Under the pieces are notes generated by a model. That model searched no databases and was not told where the DNA came from. It worked only from the letters and a program-made list of their open reading frames with translations. DNA of 64,000 nucleotides from contig JAJZTG010000004.1 of assembly GCA_021849125.1 (NCBI GenBank), positions 1,025 to 65,024 on the forward strand. The letters are read 5' to 3'. The translations under genes and the position numbers were made by a program. The stretch's first letter is position 1; each line of letters begins with the position of its first letter. Source of the stretch: a bacterium (GTDB lineage Bacteria; Patescibacteriota; Minisyncoccia; Phycocordibacterales; Phycocordibacteraceae). This document shows positions 19,356-27,891 of this stretch, piece by piece.

Positions 19356-19440
19356 TATAGTCAGAGTGGCCGCTTAAGCCGGATCGGTACGGAACATCCG
19401 TATCCGAAAGCAAGTCAACGTACTGCCACTGCAGACTATA
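19356..19440 (-). other. Predicted structured leader upstream of 18774..19343
   Basis: tatagtc/gactata and agtggc/gccact outer stems, inner hairpin cggtacgga-aca-tccgtatccg. Confidence 0.4.
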
Positions 19441-19493
19441 CGCAATGCGTGCCCTTATCGTCAAACGCGATCTTTGATACCCATTCAGATAAG

Positions 19494-20201
19494 TCACATT
19501 GGCACCTCTATCGCGAGTACGTCCGCTTCCCCTTTTGCAGAAAGCGAGACCGTGTCGACACCTTCGACGCCGAACGCATCACGCGAATCGAGTCTGGTTT
19601 CCGCGACAGTGACCGGTCCGGTGATGACGAAAAAATACACGCCGTGCCCAGGCTTCTTGAGACGATACGTAAGCGGATGCTCCGCATCGAGCGTAAGTCG
19701 CGAAAGGTACGCATCCTGATGGATCGTGAGTGTGGTTTCGTCTCCCATCGATGCGACAAGGAGCGTCTCGCCCGGCTGCGTGAGCCCTATGGAGCGTTGA
19801 TCGTACCGAGGCGTGACCCTTTCGGTATCCGGTGCGATCCAGATCTGGAACAGCTTCAGATCGCCTTGGCCGCCATTGTATTCGGAGTGGAGGATGCCGG
19901 TTCCGGCGGACATCACCTGCACGTCGCCCGGCACGAGGACCCCGGTCTCGCCCATGCTGTCCTTGTGCGCGAGCGCGCCCTCGAGCACGATCGTGATGAT
20001 CTCCATGTTCGCGTGCCCGTGCATACCGAAGCCGGAACCTTCGGTGATCGTGTCGTCGTTCAGGACCCGCAGCGCACCGAAGCCCATCCGCGACGGCTCG
20101 TACCAGTCCGCGAAGCTGAAACTGTACCGGGTCGAAAGCCAGCCGTATTCGCCCTTGCCGCGATCCTCTGCCCTATGGAGCGTGAGTTGTTCGGGTGGCA
20201 T
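19494..20201 (-). CDS. Pirin-family protein (YhhW-like)
   Basis: FSFADWY, FGALRVLNDD, HGHANMEI, HKDSMG, MSAGTGILHSE, FQIWI. Confidence 0.93.
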   Translation of the reverse strand: MPPEQLTLHRAEDRGKGEYGWLSTRYSFSFADWYEPSRMGFGALRVLNDDTITEGSGFGMHGHANMEIITIVLEGALAHKDSMGETGVLVPGDVQVMSAGTGILHSEYNGGQGDLKLFQIWIAPDTERVTPRYDQRSIGLTQPGETLLVASMGDETTLTIHQDAYLSRLTLDAEHPLTYRLKKPGHGVYFFVITGPVTVAETRLDSRDAFGVEGVDTVSLSAKGEADVLAIEVPM

Positions 20202-20287
20202 AGTACTCCGATCATACCGTATCTCACGCTCCTCTGTTCTAAAACAAAAGGCCCGGCAAGCGGCCGGGCCTTAGCTAGGGGCATAAC

Positions 20288-20836
20288 TTATTCCTCATCG
20301 GGTATCCTGACAGGGTTCCATGCTCCAGCGAGAAGGAATGGTTCCGATACCTCGTGAGTCTTGGCTCTTCCTCCTCGTCTGCGGCTCCCTGCAGAACCTT
20401 CTTTCGGCTCGCGCTGTTTCTTTTTCGTGGTCATACGCAGCACTCCAGAAAACCAATCCTTCCGTATGGAAAGCGAGGCTTTTTCGGGAGTCATCGGGAA
20501 CAGGTAAAACACGATGTTTGCGCCTGCCTTCTTCAAGGCTCGCTCGACTTCCGTTGTCTTAGGTTTGCTTATCTCGAGTAATGCGTGAATGCCGATCGCA
20601 GGATTGATCCTGCTCCGCAGCGCTTCAATGAATTCCACGCCATAGTCAGAAAAGTTCCTGCAACAGACCGCGACAACTTTCAGGCCTTGAGTGCTCGCGC
20701 ATTCATTTATAAGGGCATCTCGATTGAAAGAACTCACGTAGGAGTGAGCATCGATGCCGTACGTTGCAACCAGAAGAGCTGCTATCTGCGAGGCATAATA
20801 GGTCTCGCCGATGATAAAGCACGTTTCGGTAGCCAT
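20288..20836 (-). CDS. Hypothetical protein, possible degenerate receiver-like fold
   Basis: GVEFIEALR...ALKKAGANIVFYLFP resembles the receiver C-terminal half; canonical Asp residues not evident. Confidence 0.45.
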   Translation of the reverse strand: MATETCFIIGETYYASQIAALLVATYGIDAHSYVSSFNRDALINECASTQGLKVVAVCCRNFSDYGVEFIEALRSRINPAIGIHALLEISKPKTTEVERALKKAGANIVFYLFPMTPEKASLSIRKDWFSGVLRMTTKKKQREPKEGSAGSRRRGGRAKTHEVSEPFLLAGAWNPVRIPDEE

Positions 20837-20918
20837 AATGCCTCCTTCGCCGGCTGATTACGTAAAGACTCCGCTTCCGCGTGGAGTAAACCACGCTGCA
20901 CATCCTCGTGCAATACGG

Positions 20919-21914
20919 CTAGCAGGCGACGTTCTGATCGACCGAGGTGCGATCAAGCTCGTACTGGATGATCCAAACCGGACTTCCAGGGATGAAAGAA
21001 GCGCGATTGAGACAAGCATTCAGCGCTTTGACCTGCGTCGAGATACCGATCGGGAACCATGTGGGGATGCTGGTCTGCCCTTTCGCGTTCTGCGTCGGCG
21101 TAAAGTCAAGACCCGCGATATTCTTCCACATATACGGGACCGAATAGATACCGACACGAATATCTTTCGTGTTCAGATAATCGATAGCGCCTTGGATGAC
21201 CTCATCGTTTACCGCCGTGTTGTCCGACCAGCTGTTCGCCTCCTCGATATCAAGCCACCAGAACGGCGATGAGACGTTGGCTTGGTTCGAAACATACGCA
21301 TACGCATGTTTTGCCGTGTTGTAGCCATAGTTGTAAGCCGCGCACGGTGTCGGCTCCGGATACGTCCCACCGGACGAAGCAGAGGTGACTGCGGCACCGA
21401 AGAGCGTTTCGCACTTTCTCGGCCCACTCACGTTCGCCGTCGTAGCGCTGCTTCCATACGGCGCATTCAGGTTGAGGTAGAACGTAGGGCGCACCGCCGA
21501 GCTCAGCGTCGCCCAGTTGAACTCATTGGCGAGACGCGCGTTCGTAGTAAACGCTTTCCCTGCCGTGACGCCGATCACCGCAAACCCGAACGGCGGCTGC
21601 GGATAGTTCTTCGTGTCGTAGGAGAGATCGAACCCGACACCGCTCGAGGGATACATGCTGCCGAGCGTCGAAGGGCGTACATAGGACGTAGTCGTCGCTT
21701 GCGTTTGCGAGGGTGAAACCGTGCTTGCCGCTTCCATAGACACGCCAAGCGCAAGGGACACGTTAGCGACGATCTTCTCTTCCGCACCGAAGGCTCGCAA
21801 AAGACCGAGAATCGCATTCACTTGCGTAGAATTAAGCCCTGCTGCAGAAACCGCACTCGGCGAAAGCAGGCCGAATGCGATCACGAGAGATGCGAGCGAG
21901 GTCTTAAGATGCAT
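20919..21914 (-). CDS. Secreted GH25/DUF1906-like glycoside hydrolase (muramidase-like)
   Basis: Signal peptide, GFDLSY, WWLDIE, GIYS, WIIQY, VDQN. Confidence 0.7.
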   Translation of the reverse strand: MHLKTSLASLVIAFGLLSPSAVSAAGLNSTQVNAILGLLRAFGAEEKIVANVSLALGVSMEAASTVSPSQTQATTTSYVRPSTLGSMYPSSGVGFDLSYDTKNYPQPPFGFAVIGVTAGKAFTTNARLANEFNWATLSSAVRPTFYLNLNAPYGSSATTANVSGPRKCETLFGAAVTSASSGGTYPEPTPCAAYNYGYNTAKHAYAYVSNQANVSSPFWWLDIEEANSWSDNTAVNDEVIQGAIDYLNTKDIRVGIYSVPYMWKNIAGLDFTPTQNAKGQTSIPTWFPIGISTQVKALNACLNRASFIPGSPVWIIQYELDRTSVDQNVAC

Positions 21915-21920
21915 ACCCTT

Positions 21921-22649
21921 TCAGTATACCAAGTCTCCTGATTCTCGACGTCTTCCCAAAATATTCCTTCGCAACCAGACTGTAACGAGCGTGAAAGCAT
22001 GCCCGAGCCGCACCGCTATCATGTCCCACGCACCTCTTGCGGATTCCTGTGCCGACAACACCGAAACATAAATCGGGACCGTTCCGAAGTGGTCGTACGT
22101 CTCGGCCGACTTAAGAAGATCTTCCGCACCGACAGTTGGGAGCACCGCGCGCGCTTCCTCAGTAAAAAGGATGTACTCATCTGCCTGTACTGTATTCTTG
22201 AGGAGACGGTGCGCAAGGATCACGTCCGGGCCGGACAATTCATAAAACTTCCCGACATGCGAGAACAATGCTTGGCCGCTGTGCACCACGATCTTCAGTT
22301 TGAGATCCGTAACATGGCGGCAAGCCTCACAGTCGCACGTGCTCGTAACCTTTCGGAGCCCGCTGAGCTTCTCGGAAAATGCAGCGTGGAATGCTCTGAG
22401 CTTCAGAGCTATCTTCTCGCTCGACTCTGCCCACGCATGCTCCTTGTCTCGTATGGCATATAAAAAGACCGCATCGCCTTCAAGCTTCGATATCTCAAGC
22501 GGTATATCGACCTCCGCGATGATCGCTTGCATAAGCTCGGCGATGATCGTCTGGGCGTGAAAGAGCGCTTTCCGGTTTGCGACCATGAAGCGGGTATACC
22601 CGCTTATGTCCGTGATGACGAGAAGCACGTCTTTCGGGGCGGTATCCAT
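21921..22649 (-). CDS. DUF2652 / class III nucleotide cyclase-like protein
   Basis: TDISGYTRF, KLEGDA, CDCEAC, LKLKIVVHSG, HRLLKN. Confidence 0.8.
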   Translation of the reverse strand: MDTAPKDVLLVITDISGYTRFMVANRKALFHAQTIIAELMQAIIAEVDIPLEISKLEGDAVFLYAIRDKEHAWAESSEKIALKLRAFHAAFSEKLSGLRKVTSTCDCEACRHVTDLKLKIVVHSGQALFSHVGKFYELSGPDVILAHRLLKNTVQADEYILFTEEARAVLPTVGAEDLLKSAETYDHFGTVPIYVSVLSAQESARGAWDMIAVRLGHAFTLVTVWLRRNILGRRRESGDLVY

Positions 22650-22694
22650 GTGCTCTCTAGTATAGCCTCCCTAGCGGCGCTCTCCGGAATAGCA

Positions 22695-22729
22695 AACGAG
22701 AACGGCGCCCTTTCGGGCGCCGTTCTCGT
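22695..22729 (-). terminator. Terminator downstream of cold-shock gene
   Basis: acgagaacggcgccc-tttc-gggcgccgttctcgt. Confidence 0.7.
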
Positions 22730-22737
22730 CGTGGCCG

Positions 22738-22947
22738 TTACGCCACCTTGCTGACCTTGACCGCGTTCGGTCCTTTCGGACTGTCCCCGATCTCGAAGGT
22801 CACCTTGTCCCCTTCCCGGAGCGAGTCGAACGATACGCCGACGAGCTCGTTGGAATGGAAGAAGAGATCCTTCTCCTGTCCCGCCATCTTGATGAAGCCG
22901 AAGCCTTTGTCAGTGAGACGAGCGATTGTTCCTTCTTGCATATGCAA
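22738..22947 (-). CDS. cspA: Cold-shock protein
   Basis: KGFGFI (RNP1), DLFFH (RNP2), KGPNA. Confidence 0.93.
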   Translation of the reverse strand: MHMQEGTIARLTDKGFGFIKMAGQEKDLFFHSNELVGVSFDSLREGDKVTFEIGDSPKGPNAVKVSKVA

Positions 22948-23070
22948 TATGAATAATGAGTTTTGCCTAAGATATCAATGCAGTGGGCTGGAGAAGAGGC
23001 TCGAACCGGACTCCGCTGGTTCAGCGCTGGTTGATAGGTATACGATACCGCAGAAAATAACTCTAGTCAA

Positions 23071-23307
23071 TCACGACTCGCGCGACTTCAGATGACCCGG
23101 CAGCCAATCCATGAACTTCTTGCGGTGGAGATCGAGCGACCAGAAACCGTCTTTGAACTGGTCAGCGTATTGGCGCTTGTACTCCGCGAGGAATGCGGCC
23201 GTAGCACGAGGGAATTCAAGGGGCAGACCCTGGTTATAGAGCGTGAGGAATTCCGAAGCAGAACGCTTCTGCTCGCTACGCTCCCGGTCCAGATCAGGCC
23301 CTCTCAT
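23071..23307 (-). CDS. Hypothetical small protein
   Basis: MRGPDL...WSLDLHRKKFMDWL; ATG preceded by TATGGT. Confidence 0.55.
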   Translation of the reverse strand: MRGPDLDRERSEQKRSASEFLTLYNQGLPLEFPRATAAFLAEYKRQYADQFKDGFWSLDLHRKKFMDWLPGHLKSRES

Positions 23308-23500
23308 AGATACACCATAGCACCGATCCGGATTAGGCGCTCTCCTGGGCGCCTTTTGCTTATTTTCCCTGCATGCACTTGGAAGCTTCGCTTCCAAGTG
23401 CAAAGCTTACGTGCTCAATTTCCCCGTATTTGCTAGAGTTCGATTCTTGCCCCCATTTTTTACTTTGTTCGTTGTAGTTCGATTCCGATTCCCTTCTATT

Positions 23501-24109
23501 TCATTTCTGACTGAGAGTTTTTTCTATCGCCGCAATCCCCTGCTTGATCTGTTCGTGGAGGTCATCTCTTGATGTATCAAAGGTATACACAAATGGAAGA
23601 TCAGGAAGCTTGAACTGATCTTTATGAAAATTGAAACGCTCTATAGCGTGCTCGGCATCCTTAAAGAGCCAAGTGTGCGGATAATTCTTAAGTTTGTTGA
23701 TGATGAACTCGACAGGAGGGTTGATGTGAATGAATAACTGTCGCACGTTTGGAAAAAGTTTCTTTGTTTTTTCATTGTAAGCGAGCCCGCGTGGACTTCC
23801 AGTGTTTGCATCCACGGCAACACTATACCCAAAATCGAGATATTTCTCAGTGAGTTCCTGTGATATTTCTCTGGCACCTTCATACGAATACCCTGCCGAC
23901 TTAAATCTCTTACGAATCTCGTCCGTTGAAATACGAATGAGGCCAAAATGCTCTGCAAGAGGTCTCGTTACTGTCGTCTTTCCTGATCCGACAAGTCCAA
24001 CAGGCATAAGCATCCATTGAGCAGATGGCTTCATGTCCGGAATGTTGAGTGTCGTCTCGTATTCGCATTTGATTTCGTCAAGAACTTCTTTTGGAGCATC
24101 TGGAAACAT
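23501..24109 (-). CDS. P-loop kinase (AAA_33 / zeta-toxin-like)
   Basis: GLVGSGKTT Walker A, ISTDEIR, VAVDAN. Confidence 0.75.
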   Translation of the reverse strand: MFPDAPKEVLDEIKCEYETTLNIPDMKPSAQWMLMPVGLVGSGKTTVTRPLAEHFGLIRISTDEIRKRFKSAGYSYEGAREISQELTEKYLDFGYSVAVDANTGSPRGLAYNEKTKKLFPNVRQLFIHINPPVEFIINKLKNYPHTWLFKDAEHAIERFNFHKDQFKLPDLPFVYTFDTSRDDLHEQIKQGIAAIEKTLSQK

Positions 24110-24145
24110 ATATCAAAACCAGTATAACTCTACCTATCGTCTGGT

Positions 24146-24560
24146 AAAAGCCGCCCATTAGGGCGGCTTTTACGTACGTGATGCACCACAAGGGCACTTC
24201 TTGTTTTCTAACTCGCTTCGCTCCTAAGAAAACAATGTCGCCTGGCGGTACTGTACTGATCCCAATGGGGGACGGTACTAGTTCCCCCTCCTTCGTCGGG
24301 ACAGGCTGGCGTCACAATGCGTGCCCCTCGTCGATGACTTCTCGTGACTGCGCAAAACAACAAAGCGCCTACATGGGCGCTTTGTTGTTTTGCTTGTTGC
24401 CCGTGTCGGTACGGTACCCGCCACCGCAAGCAATCCAAAGGTTCTTTGGCGACTCTTCTTCCCTCTTTAGCAATGGGGGCCGGTATGGGTCGACTTTGAG
24501 ATGATTAAAGGATTTTTGGCGAGTTTTGAGTGGCGAACAGGAGGATCGGTACCGTACTAA
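24146..24560. repeat. att-like composite repeat D (hairpin + 5 CGGTA boxes, with hairpin insertions)
   Basis: CGGTA at 24246, 24273, 24407, 24481, 24547; homologous to 27470-27720. Confidence 0.85.
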
Positions 24561-24567
24561 GATTAAG

Positions 24568-25524
24568 TCACGAATTATCCTTCTCACTTTGAGCCATCTG
24601 GGTGTACCACGCGCGCTCAAACGAGGAACGAACTTCTTCTTGGAGTCTTGCTCTTTCATCTTGATTATTAGAACTGAAATATTGTTCAACAAGAGCATCT
24701 ACTTTTTCTCGCTCGGTGGAATCATGTAATACCCCGAGACACGCGAGAACCCTAAGTGATCCTTTTCCAAAAGTGGCTTCAATGTCCTTAAGAGCGAATA
24801 GATTCTCGGCAAACTGACCGCGCTCGAAACTATCCATCACTTCTCCTACAGAAATCCCTTTCGTCATCGCGACTCCTCTGACAATTTTAGAAAACACATT
24901 ATTGTACTGCGCGTACCCATACGAAAACTCCTCGATATCTTTTTTAGCGATACCGAGCTCCTCTTCGAGCTCATCTTTAGTGGCCTCTAGAATCCTGACG
25001 GCCATATACTCTGTCACGATTTCATTAAAACCAGTAAGAGCCGCGCGACCTTCTGGTTCCTTCCATGGGGATGCAAGCTGATAGCCAATCCGCGCAGGAA
25101 CCATTCCATGCTCCTCACTCCCGAAGAATCGGTGCTTTGATGCGCGATGAACCATTTCGTGAACCAGTGTATCTAACAGATCGGCTCCGCCATGATGTTT
25201 GTCCTTGTTTACGAAAATCGCATCGTCAAATGCAGAGGTGGAGCCATGATCGGCACTATTCCCAAGTCTTTTTTCATACGCTTCTGCTGAAAGTAGGTGG
25301 ATCTTTTCAGGAGATATCGGCGTGTACGGGATACCGAGGTCGGCAAGACGACGCTGTAGCAGGTCATTTGCTTTTTCAATATATGCACGATTTTCTTCGG
25401 TTTTCTCCTCTTCCCCTTCGACATGCATAGCAGATTCTTCTGCCCATTTCCCCAAGGATTTCTCAGCTTGAGCCAACTCTTCCTCGTCGTAGGCTCTACC
25501 GATGAATTTCGGTCCTTTCTCCAT
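24568..25524 (-). CDS. Putative zinc metallopeptidase (gluzincin-like)
   Basis: LVHEMVH plus downstream GFNEIVTE. Confidence 0.6.
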   Translation of the reverse strand: MEKGPKFIGRAYDEEELAQAEKSLGKWAEESAMHVEGEEEKTEENRAYIEKANDLLQRRLADLGIPYTPISPEKIHLLSAEAYEKRLGNSADHGSTSAFDDAIFVNKDKHHGGADLLDTLVHEMVHRASKHRFFGSEEHGMVPARIGYQLASPWKEPEGRAALTGFNEIVTEYMAVRILEATKDELEEELGIAKKDIEEFSYGYAQYNNVFSKIVRGVAMTKGISVGEVMDSFERGQFAENLFALKDIEATFGKGSLRVLACLGVLHDSTEREKVDALVEQYFSSNNQDERARLQEEVRSSFERAWYTQMAQSEKDNS

Positions 25525-25552
25525 ATAGGTGAAGTATAGCTTGATTTCGCAA

Positions 25553-25690
25553 ACGCAAAAGCCGCTCTCTCGAGCGGCTTTTGCGTACGTGATGCCTGGC
25601 GGTACGGTACTGATCCCAACGGGGGCCGGTAAAGGTCGGTTTTGAGATGGTTGGGAGATGTTCAGCGAGTTTTGATGGGCGAATAGGCAG
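25553..25690. repeat. att-like composite repeat C (internally deleted)
   Basis: gcaaaagccgc hairpin + tacgtgatgcctggcggtacggtactgatcccaacgggggccggta fused directly to the distal part of the repeat. Confidence 0.85.
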
Positions 25691-25874
25691 GGCGATGACG
25701 TGCGCGCCCGGCGGGTGATGTCGCCGATACAAGCGAAACTCAGTATCTACATCAGTGCCGCAACGAATAATATTGAAACCCGGCCTGTGCCGGGTTTCAA
25801 TCTGGACTTACATCACCTTGCTAACCTTGACGCGTTCTAACCCTTGGGGAAGGTTCGTTGCCTGCCCGAAGATA

Positions 25875-27410
25875 TCAGGGATGGGCCTGTACGTATGCGC
25901 GAGTTACGGACCCGAAGTACCCTGCGGCCGGAACTATGCCTACCGCCTTTTGCAGCTTAATGAGAGCTGCTTGAGTTGCCGACCCGAAAGAGGTAGTCTC
26001 ATGCTCGGCAGACCCCGGACCATCGACTGCAACAGTGAAGCCGTGTGCATTGAGGTAGCGTTGGAGTTCTTGCACATCGACTCCGGTGGAGCCCTTCCGC
26101 AAGTCCCTTTGGAAAACGGGGATTGTGTTTGCAGGGGGAGATACCGGCTGGTGCTGTAGTATGGCGCGCACATTATCGATAACCGCCTGATCGACCTTAA
26201 ATGAGGCGAGGACGTTAATGAGTGCCGCGATTTGACCCTCTGACAGTCCTGCAGGAGCTGGTGCGGATGCGACAGGAGTAGCCGTCTCGGTTACCGAGGG
26301 AGAAGAGGTGGCGGAGATGGTTTGCTCAGAGGAAGACGCTATCGTTCCCGTGGTGTCGGAAGTAGTCGCAGTCGTTTCCATTGTGCTCCAATAGCCGCCA
26401 CCGGATGCCGGACTAAAAACGCCAGACGTAGCGACGGTAGATATGTTCCCAACCGTGTCGCACCCTACGGCTTTAAACGATGCCGTGGAGGAAACAGTGA
26501 TGCTTGAGTACGTAGGGCTTGAACAGGTGGGTGTCGAACCGTCAGACGTGAAGCGAATGGAGGAGGCACCAGTCGAGGTAATGGTAATGGTCTGCGAGCC
26601 ATGGAACACAATCCCGTCGGGGGAAAAGATCGGCGTAAGAGGGGCAAGATTGTCCGTAATCGTTCGAGTACTGCCGGTCGCGGCAATACCCACGGAATCC
26701 TTGACTGCGGAGGTCGGATTAATCGTATCGCCGCTCGCAACCGTCATATCCGAGCCAAGCGTGATAGTAAGGACGGTGCCCGCAGTATTCCATGATATGG
26801 CGAGGCCATTTGCGGTGGTGCCAAACGTATGACTACCCGACAACGAGAGGTTCGTATTGAGGTTTGAGGTCGTGAGCGTCGATGTGGCCAACGTCTCGCT
26901 GAAAGTAAGCGCGAGTGTGTCAGTCCCTGAGATATTCGTGGATCCATCGACATCGGACCACGAAACTGAATTGAGCGTCGGTCCGGTTACGTCATAGGTC
27001 ACATTGGGACCGGTTAAGCTAGACTGAGAGATCGTAGTCGTGGCCGTACCAACCGTATCGCCCCATGAAACTTGGAACGAAACCGCTCCCTCGGTCCAGG
27101 TGCTACTGGTTGTCGTGGCATAGTACCAATTGGTTCCACTGCCAGAAAAGGACGTGGAACCCATAGCGAAGATATTGATCTTAGGCGCTTGCCAAGGGGT
27201 GGCATCGAGCGTCAGCTGATAGTTGACGCCGTCTCCCGTTGTGGCTCGCGATGTCGTAGCGAAGCCGGTATTTACATAGACAGGCGTCGAAGTCGAAGTA
27301 ATTGACGTAAGACTGACCGCGGCAGCGGATACAAAGTGCGGTGCCACACCCAACGACAACCCTACCAGGAGGGCAAGACCAATCGGAATTCTAAGAATGT
27401 AGTTCTTCAT
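25875..27410 (-). CDS. Secreted Ser/Thr-rich surface protein with chitobiase/Fn3-like and peptidoglycan-binding domains
   Basis: Signal peptide, IRFTSDGSTPT, RDLRKGSTGVDVQELQRYLN...GYFGSVTRAY. Confidence 0.8.
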   Translation of the reverse strand: MKNYILRIPIGLALLVGLSLGVAPHFVSAAAVSLTSITSTSTPVYVNTGFATTSRATTGDGVNYQLTLDATPWQAPKINIFAMGSTSFSGSGTNWYYATTTSSTWTEGAVSFQVSWGDTVGTATTTISQSSLTGPNVTYDVTGPTLNSVSWSDVDGSTNISGTDTLALTFSETLATSTLTTSNLNTNLSLSGSHTFGTTANGLAISWNTAGTVLTITLGSDMTVASGDTINPTSAVKDSVGIAATGSTRTITDNLAPLTPIFSPDGIVFHGSQTITITSTGASSIRFTSDGSTPTCSSPTYSSITVSSTASFKAVGCDTVGNISTVATSGVFSPASGGGYWSTMETTATTSDTTGTIASSSEQTISATSSPSVTETATPVASAPAPAGLSEGQIAALINVLASFKVDQAVIDNVRAILQHQPVSPPANTIPVFQRDLRKGSTGVDVQELQRYLNAHGFTVAVDGPGSAEHETTSFGSATQAALIKLQKAVGIVPAAGYFGSVTRAYVQAHP

Positions 27411-27457
27411 TGCTGTACAATAGCACAGGCTATTTGTGCATGAGCGGCTTGTCCCCA

Positions 27458-27720
27458 AGCGCCCCTTCGGGCGGCTTTTGCGTACGTGACGCCTGGCGGT
27501 ACGGTACTGATCCCAACGGGGGCCGGTACTGGTTGCCTCACGTCACAATCGTGTTGCCCGTGTCGGTACCGTACTGGTCCCCATAGGGAGTTACAAGGTT
27601 TTTCAAGCACCTTCCTTCCCCCTTAGTCGACGGGGGCCGGTATGGGTCAGTTTTCAATGGTTTGCAGGGTTTTCGCTCAGCTTTGAGCGTCGAACAAGGG
27701 GGCCGGTACCGAACCAAACG
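27458..27720. repeat. att-like composite repeat B (complete)
   Basis: CGGTA at 27497, 27524, 27564, 27638, 27704; gtgttgc core at 27551-27557. Confidence 0.85.
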
Positions 27721-27891
27721 GGATAAACGGGATACCCCCTACGATCCGGTTGTGGATTTTATTTCTAGGAAACCTGCTAGCATTGAAATTGACCGATCTA
27801 GGGCAATTGCCGCATCGAGCCACGGCTCACACATAGGCACCGGATTCCTGCAGGTCATTGGATCTCCTTTACTCGATCTAATGATGTAGGT

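Noticed and set aside
18975-20357. 460-aa + strand ORF (likewise 9843..10811, 14115..15251, 42505..43665, 60742..61821)
   Set aside because: Antisense shadows of well-supported genes with no recognisable motifs.
23438-23487. Two gttcgattc T-loop-like words as a tRNA or the distal att site
   Set aside because: No cloverleaf, and orientation is opposite to tRNA-fMet; too short to fix the island boundary.
24146-27720. Repeats as a CRISPR array
   Set aside because: Repeats are degenerate, irregularly spaced and separated by whole genes; no cas1/cas2 in the window.
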